Source of the DNA: Geopsychrobacteraceae bacterium
GTDB lineage: Bacteria; Desulfobacterota; Desulfuromonadia; Desulfuromonadales; Geopsychrobacteraceae
Direction: 5' to 3'
DNA length: 64,000 nt
Assembly: GCA_963676795.2 (NCBI GenBank)
Contig: CAXXTB010000001.1
Coordinates: forward strand, 384,001-448,000
The translations under genes and the position numbers were made by a program. Below, piece after piece: positions 59,822 through 64,000 of this stretch; position 1 is the stretch's first letter, and every line of letters begins with the position of its first letter. The notes under the pieces are model-generated. The model was not told the origin of the DNA, made no database searches, and was given only the letters and a program-made list of their open reading frames with translations.

Positions 59822-62353
59822 TCAGTATTTATGGCTGAAGCGCAGCCAGAGGCTGCTCTGGGCAAAGCTTTCGCCGTATTCGCCGTTGTAGGCCAGCTCC
59901 AGGCTCTGTCGGCCGCGGTCGATCTGCAGGGCGGTGCCCAGGGTGCCGGTCAGGGTGTCGGTTTCGCTGGTGACGCTGCTGGCGGCGGCGCCATCCACCG
60001 ACTGGCGGATGCTTATTTCGTTGTCAGTGAGCAGGTAGCGCATGCCGACGGCGACCGATGGTGTCAGAATGATATCGTTATGCTGTTTGTGCAGCAGCCA
60101 GCGCAGGTCAGCTTGGGCGGCCAGTTGACCGTCGTTGATCCTGGAGCTGGTTGCATCCCAGCTGCTGTGGTCGGCGTCGGTGGTGAAGCTGTCCTGGTGG
60201 AGCCATTGGTAGTTGAGGCCGATCTCCGGCAGCAGAACCTGGCCGTTTCGATGCAGGAGGTAGCCGGCCATCAGGTTGGCGTTGATGCCGTAGCTGTCAT
60301 AGTCGGCGGTTTCGGCCATCTCCAGCGAAGCGCCGGTCAGGCCGGAGTAGTCGTGATGACCGTAGAAGCCGGTCAACTGGCCGCGCCAGGTCAGCAGGCC
60401 GCTGCGCTTGATCAGGTGGAGGCCGGCGCTGAACAGGTCCTGTCCCTCGCCGTTGTCAGCATAACCGCTGCCGGTGTAGTCGAGGTTGCTGTGGGCATAG
60501 CCAAGGTGAAATCCGTAGCGACTGCGACTGGTGATCCGGTCGAGGCCGCTGACGAAGCCGATGCTGTCGGAGCTGTAACCGATCGGATCGGCCTCCTGGC
60601 GCTGATGGGAGTAGTAGGGGACAAAGAAGAAGCCCTTTTCTTGCCGTGGTTTTGGACTGGCATCGTTCATGACCATGCCGGAATCGGCATAGAGCAGACG
60701 CTTGCGCTGGCTGCTGCGTTCGGCCAGGAAGTTCTGCAGGAATCCGGCGGTGAGGCGCTGGTTGACCTGTTCAGTGGCCAGGTTGAGGCTGCGCAGCATC
60801 AGCTTGGCGGACGCCTCGGCGGTTGAGCCCTGAGCTTGGTAGGCGGCCGAGACGGTGTCGTCGCCGGTATCGGCGGTGCCCTGGTTGTTGTAGCTGATGG
60901 TGACGTTCGGGTTGACGGCGCTGATGCTACCGAAGCTGCCGTCAACCGTTCCGGCGGCAAAATCGCTGCTGCCCTCGGCGATGTCGAAGATACGGTATTC
61001 GCTATTCCAGATGGTGCTGTCGGTGGAGATCAGGCTTAAGGTTGCGCCGTTCAGGCGCAGGGTCGCGCCGTTGCCGATATAGATGGCGCCGGTTGCCGGG
61101 TCGCCGTCGAGGGTCATGGTGTATGTGTCGAGCAGGCTGACGCTGCTGCCACTCTCGATATAGACCTCACAGGCTTGGTCCGCTGCGGCGATGATGGAGC
61201 CGAAGTTGGACAGGGTCAGATCGTTGCCGTACATGTAGATGCCATAAGCAGATGAGGTAGTGCCGTCGGCCAGGTTATCGGCAGTGACGCTGATAGCTCC
61301 GGAATTATAGACAGAACTCGAATATGCGATGATTCCGAAGGCGTCGGCATCCGATAGAGGGAATGGATAGCCCCCCCTTATTGAAAGATATTCTGTCGCT
61401 GATAATGCCGTTGTGCCGATTGCCGAGGCTGTGATGTTCCCGCTGCTGGCAATCGTTTCGCCGGCAGAATAGAGCCCGATAGCAATGGCACCGGAGTTGT
61501 GGAGGCGCCCATTACTGTTGCTTCCTTCCCTGGCTGTTACGTTGATGTTCCCCTCATTGGTGAGTGACCCTCCGGCAAAAACCCCAGCTGCTGTAGCATT
61601 GGAATAGGTGTAGTCGTCGTTGATTGTAACGGTTCCCCCGGTCGCTGTGACGCTGATTGAAGTATAATTATTGACGCTGCCCTCAGCAATTATGCCGGAG
61701 GCATGTGCCGTTGTGTCCTGGCCGTTTCCTCCTGTCGCTGTGAGGTTTATGGCGCCATAGTTAGTGACCGTCGCAGTGTCACTGGTACACTGAATGCCAC
61801 CATAGATTGTGGCCCGTGCGGCTTCATCGGCACTGCTGCCGCCGGTTGCCGTAATATTGATCGCTCCGGTGTTGTAAATATCACCGCGACCGGATATGCC
61901 CCGTGCGGTTGCAACTGCCTGGCTATATTCGATTGTTCCGTCTGTTGTGCCCCCAGTCGCCGAAAGGTTGATATTGCCGGAGTTGGTCATGCTAACGTCC
62001 TCGCCATCTGAAAAGACGCCATAGGCTTCTGTTGATGAGTATGGACTTGAAGCATCCCAAGAGGTACTGACTGTCAGATTTTCATTGTTGTTAAGTGCAT
62101 CGCTTGCTGACCAGTAGATGCCGTAAGCAGGGGTTGTCGTGTTGCTCAAAGTCAGGCTGTGACCGCCGTCGATGGCGGAGATGGCCGCGACACTCGACTC
62201 TGTATAGTCCTGGAGCGGACCGTCTTTATAGATGAAATAGCCGCTCCTGCTAAACGCAAGCAGGTTGCCGGCGGGCAGCAGGCCGAGCAGCAGGCCGAGC
62301 GCCAGAATTGAAAGTGTTTTGGTCTTCCAGTGTTTTTTGCGTGATGGTTCCAT
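59822..62353 (-). CDS. Autotransporter (type Va): beta-helical passenger + C-terminal beta-barrel
   Basis: Signal peptide; S/T/G/A/N-rich repeats N.G.I..TATGG; amphipathic beta-strand C-terminus ending LRFSHKY. Confidence 0.85.
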   Translation of the reverse strand: MEPSRKKHWKTKTLSILALGLLLGLLPAGNLLAFSRSGYFIYKDGPLQDYTESSVAAISAIDGGHSLTLSNTTTPAYGIYWSASDALNNNENLTVSTSWDASSPYSSTEAYGVFSDGEDVSMTNSGNINLSATGGTTDGTIEYSQAVATARGISGRGDIYNTGAINITATGGSSADEAARATIYGGIQCTSDTATVTNYGAINLTATGGNGQDTTAHASGIIAEGSVNNYTSISVTATGGTVTINDDYTYSNATAAGVFAGGSLTNEGNINVTAREGSNSNGRLHNSGAIAIGLYSAGETIASSGNITASAIGTTALSATEYLSIRGGYPFPLSDADAFGIIAYSSSVYNSGAISVTADNLADGTTSSAYGIYMYGNDLTLSNFGSIIAAADQACEVYIESGSSVSLLDTYTMTLDGDPATGAIYIGNGATLRLNGATLSLISTDSTIWNSEYRIFDIAEGSSDFAAGTVDGSFGSISAVNPNVTISYNNQGTADTGDDTVSAAYQAQGSTAEASAKLMLRSLNLATEQVNQRLTAGFLQNFLAERSSQRKRLLYADSGMVMNDASPKPRQEKGFFFVPYYSHQRQEADPIGYSSDSIGFVSGLDRITSRSRYGFHLGYAHSNLDYTGSGYADNGEGQDLFSAGLHLIKRSGLLTWRGQLTGFYGHHDYSGLTGASLEMAETADYDSYGINANLMAGYLLHRNGQVLLPEIGLNYQWLHQDSFTTDADHSSWDATSSRINDGQLAAQADLRWLLHKQHNDIILTPSVAVGMRYLLTDNEISIRQSVDGAAASSVTSETDTLTGTLGTALQIDRGRQSLELAYNGEYGESFAQSSLWLRFSHKY

Positions 62354-62492
62354 GGGGCCTCTCTTTGCCGTAGATTTTCCGGGACGGATGAAGATTCGTT
62401 TCACAATGGCTATTCAAGGATTTAATGTGTTTTCAATTGGCCGTGCATTTATGGATGCGGCGTAGATTGTCGCAGTGACAGGCTACCGGGGA

Positions 62493-62511
62493 AAAGTCGC
62501 ACGAAAGTCGC
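62493..62511. promoter_or_regulatory. Direct repeat with 11-bp period; candidate OmpR/PhoB-family site
   Basis: AAAGTCGC-ACG-AAAGTCGC between the divergent autotransporter and response-regulator genes. Confidence 0.55.
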
Positions 62512-62578
62512 GTAGTGAATTTTTTTCAATGAAATTTCTCTATTGACGCCTGGCTGCCGGACGCGCAGGATGCGGTTC

Positions 62579-63268
62579 ATGAATTATCTTGAACAGACAA
62601 GGAATATGACCGTGCTGCTGGCCGAGGATGACGAGATTTTCCGCGCCAGCCTGACCAACAGCCTGAGTGTTTTCGTCGAGCGGGTGGTGGCCGTTGCCGA
62701 CGGCGCGGCGGCGCTGGAGCAGTTTAGCGCCGGGGTTGGCGACATCGTCATCCTAGATATCGACATGCCGCTGCTCAGCGGCCTCGATGTGGCCCGCAAA
62801 CTCAGGGAAACGGACAGCACCACGCCGATCTTCATCGTCACGGCCTTTAACGACAGCGAAACCCTCAAGCGCGCCATCCCGCTGATGCTGGTCGAGTACA
62901 TGGTCAAGCCGCTGACCTTTGACCAGTTGCAGAGCGCCCTGGTCGGCAGCGTCAAATATCTGGTGAAACAGGGCGGGCTGACCATCCGCATCGCTCAGGA
63001 TACTGTCTACGACAGGCTTTCCGGTGAAATCCGAAGCGCCGGAGCCGCACCGCTGCTGCTGCCGAAGCGTGAGAAACAGTTGCTCGATATCCTGCTGAAA
63101 AACCGCAACCGGCTGCTGGAGAAAAGTTATCTCGAAGAGTACCTCTTCGAGTTTGACTGCAGCGAAACCTCACTGAAGAACCTGGTCTACCGCCTCAAGA
63201 AGAAGCTTCCGGGCGAGGGCATCGTCAACGTCCGCGATCTAGGCTATATGTTTGTCGACGGGAAATGA
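62579..63268 (+). CDS. OmpR/PhoB-family response regulator
   Basis: AEDD; DIVILDIDMP..SG; VTA; MVKP; wHTH LKNLVYRLKKKL...IVNVRDLGY. Confidence 0.92.
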   Translation: MNYLEQTRNMTVLLAEDDEIFRASLTNSLSVFVERVVAVADGAAALEQFSAGVGDIVILDIDMPLLSGLDVARKLRETDSTTPIFIVTAFNDSETLKRAIPLMLVEYMVKPLTFDQLQSALVGSVKYLVKQGGLTIRIAQDTVYDRLSGEIRSAGAAPLLLPKREKQLLDILLKNRNRLLEKSYLEEYLFEFDCSETSLKNLVYRLKKKLPGEGIVNVRDLGYMFVDGK

Positions 63269-63272
63269 GCCG

Positions 63273-64000
63273 ATGAAAGTGCTGCCCTACTCTTTCCTGC
63301 TTGCCGGTTTCTTTGTCCTGCTCGGCCTGTCGCCGGCCCCGGCCCTGACGCTCGATCAGGGGCTGACAAGGGCCGTCCTTGACAGCTCGCAACTGCAGGT
63401 CTATGTCGACCGCGACAGCGCAACCCCCGCAGACGAGATTTTGAGCGGGGGAGAGCGTTACTTCGAAACGGGAGCAAAAAACACCTACCCCTATTCCGCA
63501 GGGACGATCTGGACCAGGGTCAGCCTGACCAATGGCAGCGATCAGCCGCTGACGCTTCATCTGCTCAACGATTTTGTCGCCCATGACCAGCTTGACCTCT
63601 ACCTGATTGAGAGCGCTAAGCTGATCAAAGCTTACCGTTTCGGCGATACCCGGCAGGTTGCCGCTGGAGAAGTGATCAACCGCTTTGCCAATGTCCATAT
63701 CGAATTGGCCGCCCATCAGACGCTGGAGGTTGTGACGCGCTATCATTCGACCTCACCGGTACATATCAAAATGATCCTGCTGGATGAGGCAGGGTATGCC
63801 CGCTTTGCCGTAACGGATCTGTCGATCTGGGGGATCTTTATTGGTGCTCTCCTGGCCCTGGCGATCTACAACCTGATGATGTTCGCTTCGCTGAGAAACG
63901 TCGCTTTCCTCTATTATGTCCTCAACAGCCTGACCAACCTCTACAACACTCTGACCGGTTCAGGATATATCTATGCCTGGTTGAGCCCCTGGCTGCCGTT
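63273..64000 (+). CDS. 7TM-DISM sensor protein (likely the cognate kinase), 3'-truncated; not in the ORF track
   Basis: Manual translation MKVLPYSFLLAGFFVLLGL...IWTRVSLTN...DQLDLY...FGDTR...WGIFIGALLALAIYNLMMFASLRNVAFLYYVL; frame open toward window end. Confidence 0.82.
   Translation, partial: MKVLPYSFLLAGFFVLLGLSPAPALTLDQGLTRAVLDSSQLQVYVDRDSATPADEILSGGERYFETGAKNTYPYSAGTIWTRVSLTNGSDQPLTLHLLNDFVAHDQLDLYLIESAKLIKAYRFGDTRQVAAGEVINRFANVHIELAAHQTLEVVTRYHSTSPVHIKMILLDEAGYARFAVTDLSIWGIFIGALLALAIYNLMMFASLRNVAFLYYVLNSLTNLYNTLTGSGYIYAWLSPWLP

Noticed and set aside
59831..60826. 331-aa plus-strand ORF
   Set aside because: Antisense shadow of the autotransporter barrel

Overview
Chromosomal window of a GC-rich anaerobe, most likely Desulfuromonadales (Geobacter/Desulfuromonas-like; inferred from gene content and order). 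Left to right: the end of a Dif-like chemosensory cluster (mcp-cheW-cheY-cheA); lolA-yajQ-rimO; an apbE/NusG-II/Gx-transporter module; a nucleotidyltransferase, DUF445 and msrA; a polar amino-acid ABC set with no ATPase gene; an acetylene-hydratase-like Mo/W enzyme with a FadR regulator and an orphan TRAP DctP; hemerythrins and a hemerythrin-GGDEF protein; an aromatic-acid locus (livH-iorA-iorB-livM-livG, then one ORF fusing LivF to phenylacetate-CoA ligase, with livK displaced ~4 kb); prc; zur-znuC-znuB; panE; carD-ispD-ispF-glnS-cysS; UPF0182; and a signalling-rich end (hybrid kinases, GGDEF, autotransporter, OmpR regulator, partial 7TM-DISM sensor). I found no rRNA, tRNA, CRISPR array or transposase. 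Two signals stand out. (1) The LivF-PaaK fusion retains an internal RBS/ATG. (2) Several families of structured intergenic repeats sit next to or inside each other. Their copies keep a pseudoknot-type pairing and a hairpin-plus-mirror-purine-tail (triplex-type) architecture despite sequence change, and one 372-bp composite has 31-bp perfect terminal inverted repeats. All family assignments come from motif recognition, not database searches.
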